Below, one piece after another: positions 32,380 through 46,200 of a DNA stretch of 64,000 nucleotides. Under the pieces are notes generated by a model. The model made no database searches, had not been told where the DNA came from, and was given only the letters and a program-made list of their open reading frames with translations. The position numbers were made by a program, and so were the translations under genes. How positions within the stretch are numbered: the first letter of the stretch is position 1; each line of letters opens with the position of its first letter. Source of the DNA: Eledone cirrhosa (taxonomy: Eukaryota); the NCBI GenBank assembly GCA_964016885.1, contig OZ024741.1:13082001-13146000 (forward strand). The letters are read 5' to 3'.

Positions 32380-34010
32380 ATAATAATGATAAAATTATTG
32401 TGTACAGTGCTCAGGTGCACTACAACTCATCAAAGGTGCATGTATAGTACATAGAATAATATACAAATGTCAGGAAAATGAACAGTGTATGAGTCATGTT
32501 ATACATGTGTGCGTGTGTATAGAGGGGGATATCAGGTGTAGTGTTGGCGAATTTCAGGAAGCATGGAAGTTTTAAATGATGCAGTATCTCGGAAGCTAAC
32601 AACTGATGCAGGTAGTTTGTTCCATGGAGACTTTAAAGGATGCAGTGTCTCGGCAGCTAACAACTGATGCAGGTAGTTTGTTCCATGGAGGTTTTAAAGG
32701 ATGCAGTATCTCGGAAGCTAACAACTGATGCAGGTAGTTTGTTCCATGGAGGTTTTAAAAGATGTAGTGTCTCGGCAGCTAACAACTGATGGAGGTAGTT
32801 TGTTCCATGGAGGTTTTAAAGGATGCAGTGTCTCGGCAGCTAACAACTGATGGAGGTAGTTTGTTCCATGGAGGTTTTAAAGGATGCAGTGTCTCGGCAG
32901 CTAACAACTGATGGAGGTAGTTTGTTCCATGGAGGTTTTAAAGGATGCAGTGTCTCGGCAGCTAACAACTGATGCAGGTAGTTTGTTCCATGGAGGTTTT
33001 AAAGGATGCAGTGTCTCGGCAGCTAACAACTGATGGAAGTAGTTTGTTCCATGGAGGTTTTAAAGGATGCAGTGTCTCGGCAGCTAACAACTGATGAAGG
33101 TAGTTTGTTCCATGGAGACTTTAAAGGATGCAGTGTCTCGGCAGCTAACAACTGATGGAGGTAGTTTGTTCCATGGAGGTTTTAAAGGATGCAGTGTCTC
33201 GGCAGCTAACAACTGATGCAGGTAGTTTGTTCCATGGAGGTTTTAAAGGATGCAGTGTCTCGGCAGCTATCAACTGATGGAAGTAATTTGTTCCATGGAG
33301 GTTTTAAAGGATGCAGTGTCTCGGCAGCTAACAACTGATGAAGGTAGTTTGTTCCATGGAGACTTTAAAGGATGCAGTGTCTCGGCAGCTAACAACTGAT
33401 GAAGGTAGTTTGTTCCATGGAGACTTTAAAGGATGCAGTGTCTCGGCAGCTAACAACTGATGAAGGTAGTTTGTTCCATGGAGGTTTTAAAGGATGCAGT
33501 GTCTCGGCAGCTAACAACTGATGCAGGTAGTTTGTTCCATGTTTCAGCAACTCTGAATGTGAAAAAATGTTTCCGAAAGTCATGGGAGCTGTGCTGTTTT
33601 CTGACTTTGTAGGTATGCCCACAAGTGTTAGACACATCGAAATAAAAAAAGGTTCTCAGGGTTGTTGTCGGCAAGATGGTTAATAATTTTGTGGGTGTTT
33701 ACCTATTCAGTTGCCAGACGTCGGAGCTTCAATGTATCCAGGCCCAGGGAAGCAAGGCATTCAGAGTATGGTAGATGCCTGATGTAGGGTATTCGCTTGG
33801 TTGCACGTCTCTGAACAGTTTCCAGGCGGTCAATGTTCTGAGCCAGATAGGGGTTCAAGACTGGTAAGGCAAATTCTAAGTGTGGCCGCACCATAGCTAT
33901 ATACAGCTTTAAATAGACAGCTGGAGAGCGGCTGACAAAGGTCTTGCTGAGTGATGTTAAGACACCCTCGGCCTTCTTGACAATTTTAGAGACTTGCTTC
34001 TCATTTCGAC
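32380..34010 (-). mobile_element. 5'-truncated CR1-clade LINE, copy 1, containing an internal 61-bp array
   Basis: LKLYIAMVRPHLEFA...LETVQRRATK...LKLRR; TCGHTYKV...RKHFFTFRVAETWNKLPASVV; 3' UTR and (ATT)-like tail at ~32380-32400. Confidence 0.88.
32563..33541. repeat. 61-bp minisatellite, ~16 units, derived from the CR1 ORF2 end
   Basis: Unit atggaggttttaaaggatgcagtgtctcggcagctaacaactgatgcaggtagtttgttcc; no spacers. Confidence 0.95.
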
Positions 34011-34829
34011 ATATATTTAGAACTATCATTAGCATACAAAATATCTAAACTTTGCATATCAAAACCATGTTATTATTTTAAACTATTTTGATGGAGAGGG
34101 GCTATCAACTCTGGTACTTGGCAGTTTTAATTTCTGCCGCATATAAGTCTTAACATTTTGCCTTCAACAGAACAATTTCTTCTTCACAGATTATAGGTGA
34201 TAAATATGACTTCTTACCATTTCGAAGTTTTCCAAATTATTTCTAGTGTTTCATCAAATATGAACCAAAAGTTCCATGATTATCATTTTTTTCAATTTTC
34301 AGAGAAATTTGTATTTTCTAGCGTGTTTACATGCCTACATATTAGATATGTATATATATATACAAACACGTTCGTGCAGTCTCGGTTACACACTCTGTAT
34401 TCATACAGATATAACTTTATCAAACACTTCGGCTGTTAGTGTAGTTCTTAAGATATATTGTATAAATTGTTATCAGGCTCATGTTTGAAGAAAGAGAAAA
34501 ATAAGTGTTTTCAATGTATCGGAGGGTGATCTTTCGCCAATAGACGAGAGTAGAAAGGTAGTTAAAAGAGATATGTTCGATAAAATGGTCAACTTGGAGG
34601 TCATATATAGACATGCGCATTAAACTAACATATTAGACCACTGTCCAGTGTGAATATTTGTTGTAGAACCAGAGGTGAGCTCCAAGCAAGTCTAGTAGGT
34701 GTTAACTGTTAAGAGGGAATTAATTCAGGCCACAACTTCCAAACTTTGACCCCAAATAATATAATTTCGAGAGTCCAGATACGTAGAAGTAGCTACGGAG
34801 AGTGGCAGTAAGAGAAGAGAGAGATGGTT

Positions 34830-35210
34830 CACACACACATATATATACAGACAGACAGACACACACACGCACACATATATACAACCACACACACAGAAAC
34901 ACACACGCACACAGACACATACATACACACACATATATAAAGACACACATACACACAAATACACATACACACATACACACACAGAAACACATACATACAC
35001 ACACACATATACAGACACACACACATTCAGATACACACACACATAGATACACATACACACACACACATACAAATACATACACACATATACATACCATACG
35101 CATACATACAGATCCATACTTACACACACCTATACACACATATACACACACATGCACACACACAAATACACACACACATGCACACACATGCACACACACA
35201 TACACACACG
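34830..35210. repeat. Degenerate (CA)-rich microsatellite
   Basis: Direct inspection. Confidence 0.92.
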
Positions 35211-35606
35211 ATACAGCAACAACAACAACATCGACACCAATCATAACAATGACCCCCCCCCCTCCATAAAAAACAAATTAACAAAAAATAAACAAAAACA
35301 AACATTGTGAAAGATTTACGATCAGGATAAATATATCTCATTGTGTGTGAGTGTGTCTATGTCTGTATGTATGTCTGTGTGTGTATATACTATATATTCA
35401 GACAACGCCTGTAATTTAGATGTTGGTAGTTTGTAATCCTACCTCAATTCTTCTTTTTCTTTCTAATTCTTTATTCTTCAGTTCTGTTGGTAAGACTTGC
35501 TGCCAAACAGCAGACATTTTGGGACTGTAGAGAATCTTTGGTTGACTTAAGAAGCATTGAAAACATTTCAAATACGTAGTCGTCCCAACGTAGGTGATAA
35601 TAATTG

Positions 35607-35780
35607 ATTCTACTTTTGGCACAATTATCCCAGTGTATTACTGGTACTTTATTTTATCGACCCCTGTAAGGATGAAAAGTAAAGTTTACCTCGGCAGGAT
35701 TTGAACTCAGACCGTAAAGGGCCGTAACTCTATGCCGCGAAGCATGGCGTTGAACCTTCTACCGATACTGCCAATTCAGT
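35607..35780 (-). mobile_element. SINE family S1
   Basis: Reverse complement of the 9226-9413 consensus. Confidence 0.8.
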
Positions 35781-36284
35781 ATTCGGGGCGCAGCCTCAAT
35801 ACCAACGCGCCCTAGCCCATCACCCTCCCTTCCCCATTCTTCTGTGACCCTAGAGTCCATCACCCTGCCCTTCCCTATTCTCCTGTGACCCATCAGTCGT
35901 TACCCTATCTGTTACCACCACCACAAAAGACGACTATTCACTCTCCCCCACCTTATGTACTGACAACTGTCTTTATCTTCTATGTTCAATATTTCAATAA
36001 ACCTTTTGAAACATTAAACATAAATAAACAAAGAACAAAGTAATAATCCTTTAAATACAAATTATTCCTACGTTTCTCAAATCAAGCAGATGTTTACACT
36101 AAAGACTAACATCTCTACTAAGCGACTACAACTGCTAGCTCACTGCTATAATGGCCTATGGCTTCGTATTCAAGAGATGAGGGTTTCGATTCCTCGCAGG
36201 CGCCTCTGTCGATATTTCTTTTCCATCTCTAGAGATAGCTGATGGTGTTCAACTATTACTAACAACCAACTGTTATTATGGATT

Positions 36285-37085
36285 AGCGGTGGGTTGGCAA
36301 TATCGGTAGGGGGTTGGACGCCGAGGTTAACTTTGCCTTTCATCCTTACGGGGTCGATAAAATAAAGTACCAGTAATACACTGGGATAATTTCTGGCCTT
36401 GTGCCAAAAGTAGAAACAATTATTATGGATTAGCAAGTGATTGGCAATATCGGTAATGGGTCGGACGCCATTGCGTTACCGCATAGAGTTACGGCCCTTT
36501 CCATTCTGAGTTCAAATCCCGCCAAGGTTAACTTTGCCTTTCATCCTTACGGGGTGAAGGTGCATGGCTTGGTGGTTAGAGCATTGGGCTTGCAATCGAA
36601 AGGTTGTGAGTTCAATTCTTGGACCGGGAGGTGAGTTGTTTCCTTGAGCAAGACACTTTATTTCACGTTGTTCCAGTTTACTCTGCTGTAGAAATGAGAT
36701 GATAAGACTGGGGTACCTATCATTAAAACCACCCAAGACACCTCCAACTAGATATACCTTGGAGGAGGCCAGCTAAACCTGCATAGGTGTGAGCTGTAAC
36801 ACACACACGCATATACAAGGTTACCTTTGCTTTTATCCTTACGGGGTCGATAAAATAAAGTACCAGTAATGTACTGTGATAATTGTTGGCCTTGTGCCAA
36901 AAGTAGAGACAATTATTATGGTGGATTGGCAGTATCGGTAGAGAGTCTGACGCCTTTTATGGTCTGAGTTCAAATCCCGCCGAGGTTAACTTTGCCTTTC
37001 ATTCTTACGGGGTCGATAAAATAAAGTACCAGTAATACACTGGGATAATTGCTGGCCTTGTGCCAAATGTAGAAACAATTATTAT
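36285..37085 (+). mobile_element. Nested SINE cluster: three S1 copies in tandem, the middle one interrupted by an S2 (CORE-like) SINE at ~36554-36800
   Basis: S1 bodies at ~36285-36427, 36437-36553 resuming ~36818-36918, and 36920-37085; the S2 copy matches 56332-56580. Confidence 0.82.
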
Positions 37086-37483
37086 AGTCATCTATGTTGT
37101 GTCGACTACATTTCCAACATGGACAACAGTTGAAGTTATTGATGAATATTTTATTCGAATTATCGGTTTTACTTTTGAATATTTCATTTTAATTATTATT
37201 ATCAGGGAATATAGTTTACAGATTGTTGTGTACTTTTGAACATTGTTGGGTTTACTTTAGTTTCTCTTATCTATCTATCTACGGAGACGATAGACGTATT
37301 GTTGCTTCGCTCCTACATTTTGTTGGATATTTATTACGAGAAACTGTAAGTTGTTAAATAATTTGTTATTTGTTTTGTTTAACCCCTTGCCTGGGCCTGC
37401 AGACGTTGGGTTAAATAATTTTCGCCCTTTATGGGGCGAAATTTAATATTTATAATTTGTTTACGAAAAGTTGTTTGGCGATA

Positions 37484-39279
37484 ATGGATTCCATTAATAC
37501 ATCGCATACGACATATGCCACGCCCCCCAAGGAAAGTGATAGAGAGAAGGTAGCAGCACAACGCGCTAAGCCTTCCCTCCCCACTCCCGTAAAAGACACC
37601 ATAAACACTGAATTAACGGAAAAATTGGTGGAAATGGGTGCAAACCCCAAAAGTTACAATTACGCAAACAAGAACAACAATGACAATAACAACACAACCA
37701 ACAACAGCAATAATGACAACACCAACAAAGAAAAAAAAGAAGTCAACACGAATAACAACAACAATGATAACAACAACACCAAAGAAAACGGACCCACAAC
37801 TGGAGTCTCTTTCGCACAGGCGGTCCGAGAAACGCAAACATACAAGCCACTGGATATCTCAAAGGCCAAGGAATTGCTAAAAGAAGCAAGAAACTATGTA
37901 ACTTTCGGGGAAGGTGGCGAATTTGCAATTACCTCCTCCCAAGAAATTAGAAGAGACACAGTCCTGAGGACCATAACCTTCAGGACAATTTCCAACACAA
38001 CTAGGAAACCGGCTCAATTATCCCAAAGCGAAATTGAGCTGGTCCTAAATAGTGCCTGGAACGATATCTCTTTCATACAGAAAGGGAAACTATATGAAAG
38101 TATATCTGTTTTAATGAAAGATCAATTGACGGCACAGAAATATTCTGTGTCGCAAATTACCTCCAAGTTATACACCTTTTTCCCTACATATATGGAGAAA
38201 AGAACACAGAAGATAATATTCTCGGGCATCAGGCCAAATGCGAGCATTTGGTGGGTGCTAACGGGATTCTTAGAAGATGAGGACACAATCCTTTCGATAG
38301 GCGAATCCACCAGGGGCGTATTCGGCGGCAATAGCCTTGAAGTTCTGGTCCAAATGAGACCAGAACGGATAGCAAGAATACCGCAGCGTGTGTCCCTGGA
38401 TGGAGTCGCTTTCATAAACATTTCTGTTGAGGGCAGGCGGCCTTCATGCTACCACTGTTCAAGCAATGGTCACCTGAGGGCTTCCTGTCCTCGTTTAAAT
38501 ACCCCCCCCCCAAAAAAAAAGACGCTTCTGCCCACCTCACACACAACACAACCACCACCACCACCACCACAACAACAACAACAACCACAACAACACAAGA
38601 CTCTGTCCCACCCACCTCTTCCCCACCTAAAACAAATACAAAAGCACGCGCAACCACAACAGAACCCCAAAATATACCCCTCCCCAACAACACGGATGAG
38701 GACCCCTTATCAACGTCACCCAGCGACGACGAGGGAGAGCCCTTTCAACCAGTAAAAAGAAAGAAAAGAAGGCACCACATTAACAAAAATGCAACAAACA
38801 CACAACCACCAGCACAAACAGAACAAACATCACAAACAAAAACCACCACTCCCGAAAACATAACACATACTACAAAACATAACGCAAACACACACAAGAA
38901 CAACAAACAAAAACAAACACAACACAACAAAAACATTATACATACATCAACAAAACACTTGTACAAACAATAGACAACGACCCTTCGGTGGAAACCGAAA
39001 GGAAAATGTTCACCAACGCGGCGAACAAACCGCATTTAAAAATGATTAGGGTCCCAAGGGACACCTACGCAATGCTCAAACAAAACTTTCCCGAGGGCGG
39101 GGGGACCCTGTACTAGACCTTCCAACCGCGTCCTTTTGAAATGTTTCCCCACCACCACCCCAGACACCCCCACCACACACTGATGTCTCCACCACACCCA
39201 AACCACCACCCCAGCAAACAACCCCTACAACACCCCCATGGAAATTGTGCAGCCTGGTCCCCAGGAGATGGAGAGGTAG
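37484..39279 (+). pseudogene. Tx1 ORF1 with CCHC zinc knuckle; frameshifts in the C-terminal part
   Basis: Poly-N region, VSFAQAV, EGRRPSCYHCSSNGHLRASC, FQPVKRKK. Confidence 0.83.
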
Positions 39280-39320
39280 GTGTCTTTTCTTCTTCTCCAC
39301 TTTAACTCTTCACCACCAAC

Positions 39321-42300
39321 ATGGCTGTTATAAGAGTTGGATGTTTAAATGTGCGCGGCCTGGTGATGTCCTGGAAGCAGGGCAAACTCTTAAATGACCT
39401 CAGGTCGCACAGAATGGATGTAGTAGCTATTTGCAAGCCCAGGATCAGCAGCGAGCACCAACTGGCCCCCATCTTCGACGACTTTGAGATCTATGCATCT
39501 CTCTGTCAGCCGGGAGGTGGGGGTGGGGGTTGTCGTTCTGCTGCGAAAACACCTGGGCCTCGCAACACGGAAGGTACACCTGGACCCGGAGAGTCGACTG
39601 GTGGTTCTGGACGTCGGCAGTAGTGAAGGTGTAGCCTTCAGGCTGGTGGCAACGTATGCCCCATCTGGGACACCGCGGCCAGACTTCTTCCAACGTCTAG
39701 AGACTTTTCTGGGAACGTCCCGCTCCTTGCTTTTAGTGGGAGACTGGAATGGTATCCTGGATGCACGTTGGGACTATGTAGGGTATGTCCCGATAGAGGG
39801 GGGTGTAACAGCCTCAAACAGTTAATTGGCCAATTTGACCTGGCCGATAGATATCGACTAGATTTTCTGACTGTGCCACTGTGGACGCGGACTAATCGCA
39901 TCGGAACATCTAGGTCGTACCTAGATAGGTTCCTAGTTAAAAATAAGGATAGGGACATATTAAGCTGTCCACGAATTTCATGGTTGACTATTCGGATCAC
40001 AAATTAATGACCTGCGTAGTCAACCTAATAGAACCCATAGACAGGGACCCTGTTACTGGAAGCTAAACTTGTCCTTACTGACAAACAAAGCTTACAGTAA
40101 ACGGATTAGTACTTTAGTTAAGCAGCGGTTGACGGGGGCAATTGTCAACAGCAGGTGGTGGTACTCTCTCAAGAGGGCAATTAGAATAGAATCGATAGGT
40201 TTTAGTCAGGAATTAGCGTTAGATAGGAATAGAACTGAAAGGGAATTGATAGATAGAGTAGATGAGGCGATTAGGAGTGGCAACGTGGCCGGCGTGCTGG
40301 CGTCAAGAACGGCCCTAGACCAGTTCTTTGACGCGAAGCACGAGGGCTGCGTTGTCAGGAGTAAAATACGTGCTCTAGGTAACGAGGGAGCCAAAGCTGT
40401 TAGCTGAGCCCGAGTGACAGAGGCAAAAAGTGGAAACAAGTCCATGATTCGGTCCTTGAAGGACCAGGATGGACGTGTGATCCTTGAACCTGAGCGGTGG
40501 CCGCGGTTTTTCAGCAGCACTTTGCACGGCTGTTCGGGGGGGCGGCGGGCCGGGTGAGACCATGGATTTCGGTCCATACCTCGACGGTATGCCACGGCTC
40601 TCGGATGAGGAGCCGAAGTCCTACGAAAGGCCGATTTCAGCCGCTGAAATAGGGGAAGCGCTGAGCCGATGCGGCAAACGCATATCTCCGGGTCTCGATG
40701 GTCTACCATACGAACTTTATGCAGCGATGCCGCACTTGTTCTCCGATCTCCTCGATGCGCTCTACTGCAACTGGCAACAGAACGGGAGAATTCCCAGTTA
40801 TGTGACCAAGGGCGTAGTCATACTAGTGAGGAAGGACGAGAACAAGGGGGATGACATAGATAACTTCAGGCCCATAACTCTGCTAAATACAGAGTGAAAG
40901 ATTTTGGCCAAGGTCTTAGCGAAGAGGTTGGCACTTGTCGTCGGGAACCTGGTGGGAGAAGCGCAGAGATGCGTAATCCCGTCCAAGTCCATACACGACA
41001 ACCTCCACCTCATGCGATACATCGTAGAGAGGGTAGGGAATGAACCCTGCTTTGGTGTGGCCCTGATCAACTTGGATCAATCTAAGGCGTTCGATAGGGT
41101 CGACCATCGGTACCTGGATGCGGTGCTCGCGGCGGCAGACTTCGGACCCGTTTTCAGGAGCTGGATTGCTGCAATGCACAGCAGCAACAGCTGTTCGAGG
41201 GTCAAGGTGAACGGCTACCTTCTGTATGTACTGGTTATCGAGCCACTACTGCGGAAGTTGGAGCTGTTACAGAGCATCCCCTTGGAACCGGGATTGCGGA
41301 AAGCGGTGTCGGCCTACGCCGATGACGTGACAGTAATGGTGTCGTGCGCCTCGGAAATCGGGGAGATCGGCACCTTACTGGAGGAATACGAAAGGTTTAC
41401 AGGAGCCAAGCTAAACCGGGACAAGTCCGTCGGTTTGCAACTCGGAACGTGGAGAAGCAAACCGATGCCCTCCGACGGCGTCGTCGGACGCTGGACGAAG
41501 GGACCGGTGAAGCTGCTCGGGGTCTGGTTCCGACCAGACCTCCAGGTGGAGAAGAACTGGGACAAGGTAACGGGCAGGGTGTTTGCACTCACCCAGAAGT
41601 GGGCCGAGTGCAAACTATCCCTGAAAGGTCGAGCGGAGGTGGCGAACACTTATATAGCGTCCGTCATCGACTACCGCTTGACTGTCGTGCCTTGCCCAAG
41701 GGAAACGCTCACCAAAATGGAACGCGGGCTCTTCCAATTCCTTTGGAAGAAGCGAGCCCCTTTGGTGAGAAGATCCATCTGCTGTCAACACCCTTCGAAC
41801 GGAGGGCTGGGGAAGCCATGGCTGATGATGAGTAAACACGTATTAAGGCTACGGCACCTCCAGGTATTCCTCACCGGTCAACCGGAGTGGGCCCCTTTTG
41901 TGAGGCGAGCCTTTCCGAGACTCGTCTCGCTCACCGAGCTGCAATCCTGGGTCAAGCAAAGACCGAGAAAAGTGGGCGACTGGCACATTGAATGTGCCCA
42001 AGCGCTCACGGTCCTCTGGCAAGCGGATCCCGCGATCAGAGGAGACTCCACCTCGACATTCTATAGAGGGTTGGTGTGCAGCAAGTGCGACGACGCTCTC
42101 GGAGAAGCTCTGGGCATGGAGGAAAACGAACTAGCCAGTCTGTTCGGTAGGACGTTTGGCCCGGGACCGATGGACAACTTCCAAAAGTCCCTGGCTTGGC
42201 AGTGCTACCGAGGAGCTCTATCCGTTCGGGACAAGCTCTACAGACACGGGCGCCCGGGTAGGGACCCCTCGAAAAGGATCTGTCCGAGATTCGTGCGTGA

Positions 42301-42693
42301 CGAGGAAACCGTCGTGCACGCATTCGTACACTGCTCGGGCGTTGCTGACCTGTGGGCTATGTGGAACGACTAATGTCGCGGGTGGGACCAATCCGGTTGA
42401 CCACCGAGTACATTGTCACGATCAAATCACCTGCCCCTTTCAAAAACGAAGGAGAGGCGGTTTTCCTCTGTGTGATAGGTATGGCTAAAGATGTATGGTG
42501 GACGAGGTTAAAAGGGCTGAGGTCAGACACCTTTCTCTCCGGCCAACAACTGATTCTTTTTTTCAAATACCACTTTGGAAGAAGAATCAGGATGGAGAGA
42601 GAGGTGCTGTACCCCAGCAAGTTTTATGAAAGGTGGGTGAAAGTGGCGAGAATGGTCCGAGTGGTTGGGCCTTCTCTCTATATCAGCCTGTAG
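39321..42693 (+). pseudogene. Tx1 ORF2 pseudogene
   Basis: MAVIRVGCLNVRGL...; many frameshifts; QGCPLS motif deleted (VNGYLLYVL); YADD retained. Confidence 0.92.
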
Positions 42694-43279
42694 GTGAGAG
42701 AGAAGGAGGAGAGGAAGGGAGCACCCGCCCTCTGTGATCCTGAGGAGGTGGGTTGTACATCTTTTCGGGGGGGGACCACGTCAACGCCCCCTCCCTATTG
42801 AGGACTTCGATTGTTGAATTTATTTGTTATATATTTTTACACGTCCCTTGAAATGTATGTAAACTTCCCCTCTTGTATTTGTCCCAATCTTTGATGCCCT
42901 GGTGGCAAACTCTGGGATGGACACACGCATGAAACTTGCTGGGTAAGTTCTGCCTAAATGTCTATAGAAATTCTTAACTGTGAACCTTCATTTTTATACC
43001 AATTTGTAGAGGGACTGCCAGGTCAAATTTTGATCTGGTCAGTCTCTCAAAATATTCTACGCCTTTAGGCTAAATAGTCGATAAACATTTTTGGGGGAAG
43101 AGCTAACATTCTTTTTAAATGGCTGAAGCTTCTTCACCAACATTCGAATGAGGAGAGGGAAAGATATGCTTACAGCTTCCCCCTGCCACTGTCATAGTAG
43201 CAGATGTCAAAGACAAAGGTCAGCCAGAGGAAGGATTTTCTCCACCTGCTGACCGACAGCTTGACGTTGCCATGGCAAC

Positions 43280-46200
43280 AAACCAAAACAACACAACCAG
43301 CGGCCCCAGCAACAACAATAACAACAATGCTATGAACGAAAACACAACTTCATAAATGAATCCGCAACCACAGATCAAGCAATTGAGAACTACAAAAACA
43401 ACAACAACCACAACAACAACGACAACAATGACAACAACAACAACAATGATGACAACAACACCAACAGCAGCAACAATAATGACAACAACACCAACAAGAA
43501 CAACTCCACAAACAAGGAAAAAAAGGTTTCGTTTGCACAAACTGTCCAAAAGACAGAACTATATACACAGATTGACATCTCTAATGCCGGAGAATTGCTA
43601 AGAGATGCCAAGCAATATATACCTTTTGGGGAGAATGGCGCTTTTAGCATCACTTCTCCCCAAGAATTGCGTAGAGACACTGTCCTGAAAACCAGTTTTT
43701 AGGACAATCTCAAATACCACCAGAAAACCAACTCAAAACGAAATTGAGCTGGTTCTAAGAAACCCCATGAAGGACATTGCCTTCATACAGAAGGGAAACT
43801 ATTCGGGAGTTTATCAATAATAATGAAAGACCAATTGACGGCACAGAAATATTCTGTGTCGCCAATTGTGTCCCCCCTCTACACCTTTTTCCCCACATAC
43901 ATGGGAAAAAGGACCCAAAAATAAAAGTAACAAATATCACACCAAATGTAAACATCTGGTGGATATTAGCTGGTTTCATCAATTTTGATGAAGATACAGT
44001 AATTTCGGTAGGAAAGTCCTCCAGGGGCATATTCAACGGTACAAGCTTAGAAGTTCTGGTCCAAATGAGACCAGAACGGATAGCTAGAATACCACAACGT
44101 GTGCCTCTGGATGGAAATTCCTACATAAACATTTCTGTTGAGAGTAGGCGGCCTTCATGTCACCACTGTTTAAGCAGTGGTCACCTGAGGGCTTCCAGTC
44201 CACAATTAACTGTATTAAAAAAAAGGCACTACTGCCGACACCCAACACAACAACACAACCACCACCAGCACCACAACAACAACACACAAAAACAAACCAA
44301 ACTGCAAACACAGTCCCACCCAACCCCTCCCCACCTAAAACAACTCCAGAAACACCCACACAAATATCAGCTCCCTCCCCAAAACGTACCCCTCCCCAAC
44401 AACACGGATGAGGCCTCATCATCGTCACCCAGTGACGATGAGGGAGAGCCTTTCCGACCAGTAAAAAGAAAAAAGAAAAGACATAACAAACAAAAATGCA
44501 ACAAACACACAAACACCAATACAAGCGATGCAAACAGCACAAACAAAAACACCCCCTCCTGAAAACAATACACCTACTACAAAACGAAAACACACACAAA
44601 GAACCACAGAAAAAAAGCAACACAACACAACAAAAATGTTACACCTACATAAATACTAACAATAAAACTTTAACAGACACCATATATAAAAACCCTTCGG
44701 TGGAGACCGAAGGGAAAACTTTTACACACTCTTCGGAGAATCCTAATCTTAAAATGATTAGGAGCTCCATGGACACACATAAACAGTTAAAAGAAAAAAT
44801 CCTAACGACGTAGGTAACCCCTGCGTCAAACCCTAAAACCGCGTCTAGATTTTCCGCGACTAAATTTTCCGCGACTAGATTTTCCGACTGTGCCACTGTG
44901 GACGTGGACTAATCTCAGCGGAACATCTAGATCGTACCTAGATAGGGTTCTAGTTAGAAAGAAGGATAGGGACATGTTAAGCTGTCCACAAATGTTCATG
45001 GTTGCCTATTCAGATCACAAATTAGTGACCTGCTTAGTCAACCTTGACAAAATCCATAGACAGGGACCCGGCTACTGGAAGCTGAACTTGTCGTTACCGA
45101 CATGCAAAGCCTACAGTAGACGGATTAGCACTTTAGTTAAGCAGCACTTGACGGGGGAAATTGTCAAAAACAGATGGTGGTACTCTCTCAAGAGGACAGT
45201 TAGATTAGACTCGATAGGTTTTAGTAAAGAATTAGTGTTAGATAGAAATAAGACCGAAAAGGAACTGGTAGATAAAGTAGAAGAGGCACTTAGGAGTGGC
45301 AACGTAGCCAGCGTGCTAGCGACGAGAACGGCCTTGGACCAGTTCTTCGACGCAAAGCATGAAGGCTGAGTTGTCAGAAGCAAAATACGTGCTCTGGGAA
45401 ACGAGGAAGCCAAAACTGTTAGCTGGGCCAGAGTGAAGGAGGCGAAAAAAGGCAACAAGTCCACGATTCGGTCTTTGAAGGACCAAGACGGGCGCCTGAT
45501 ACATGAGCCGAAGCAAATGTGCGCGGCCTTTCAGCGGCACTTTGCTCAACTGTTCGGGCAGGGCGGCGCGCCGGAAGGGGCTATGGATTTCGGTTCATAC
45601 GTCGACGGCCTACCGCGACTCTCGGACAGCGAGGCGAAGTTCTACCAAAGGCCGATTTCGGCCGCTGAGATAGGGGACGCGCTGAGCCAATGCGGCAAAC
45701 GCAATTCTCCAGGTCTCGACGGTCTACCCTACGAATTTTACGTAATAATGCCGGACTTGTTCTCCGGTCTCCTGGAAGCGGTCTACTGCAACTGGCAGCA
45801 GAACGGGAGAATTCCCAGTTCTGTGACCAAGGGCGTAATCACATTAGTCAGGAAGGACGAGAACAAGGGGATAACATAGGCAACTTCCGGCCCATAACAC
45901 TGCTTAACACAGAGTTACAGATTTTGGCCAAGGTGTTGGCAAAGAGGCTGGCGCTTGTCGTCGAAAACCTGGTGGGAGAAGCGCAGACATGCGCAATCCC
46001 GACCAGGTCCATACACGACAACCTCCACCTCACGCGATACATCATAGAGAGGGTAGGGTGTAAACCCGGCTTCGGTGGGGCCCTAATCAACTTGGATCAG
46101 TCTAAGGTTTTCGATAGAGTTGACCATCGTTACCTGGATGCGGTGCTCGAGGCGGTAGGCTTCGGACCCGTGTTCAGGGGCTGGATTGCTGCAATGCACA

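Larger units (their letters stand above)
37281..42910 (+). mobile_element. Tx1-clade LINE copy 3 (second subfamily), near full length, degraded, poly(A) signal missing
   Basis: Hairpin-rich 5' UTR after a short (TATC)n, ORF1, ORF2, and a 3' UTR ending ...gccctggtggc. Confidence 0.9.

Noticed and set aside
32563-33541. 61-, 67- and 33-bp arrays as CRISPR arrays
   Set aside because: Head-to-tail units with no unique spacers, no cas genes, eukaryotic context
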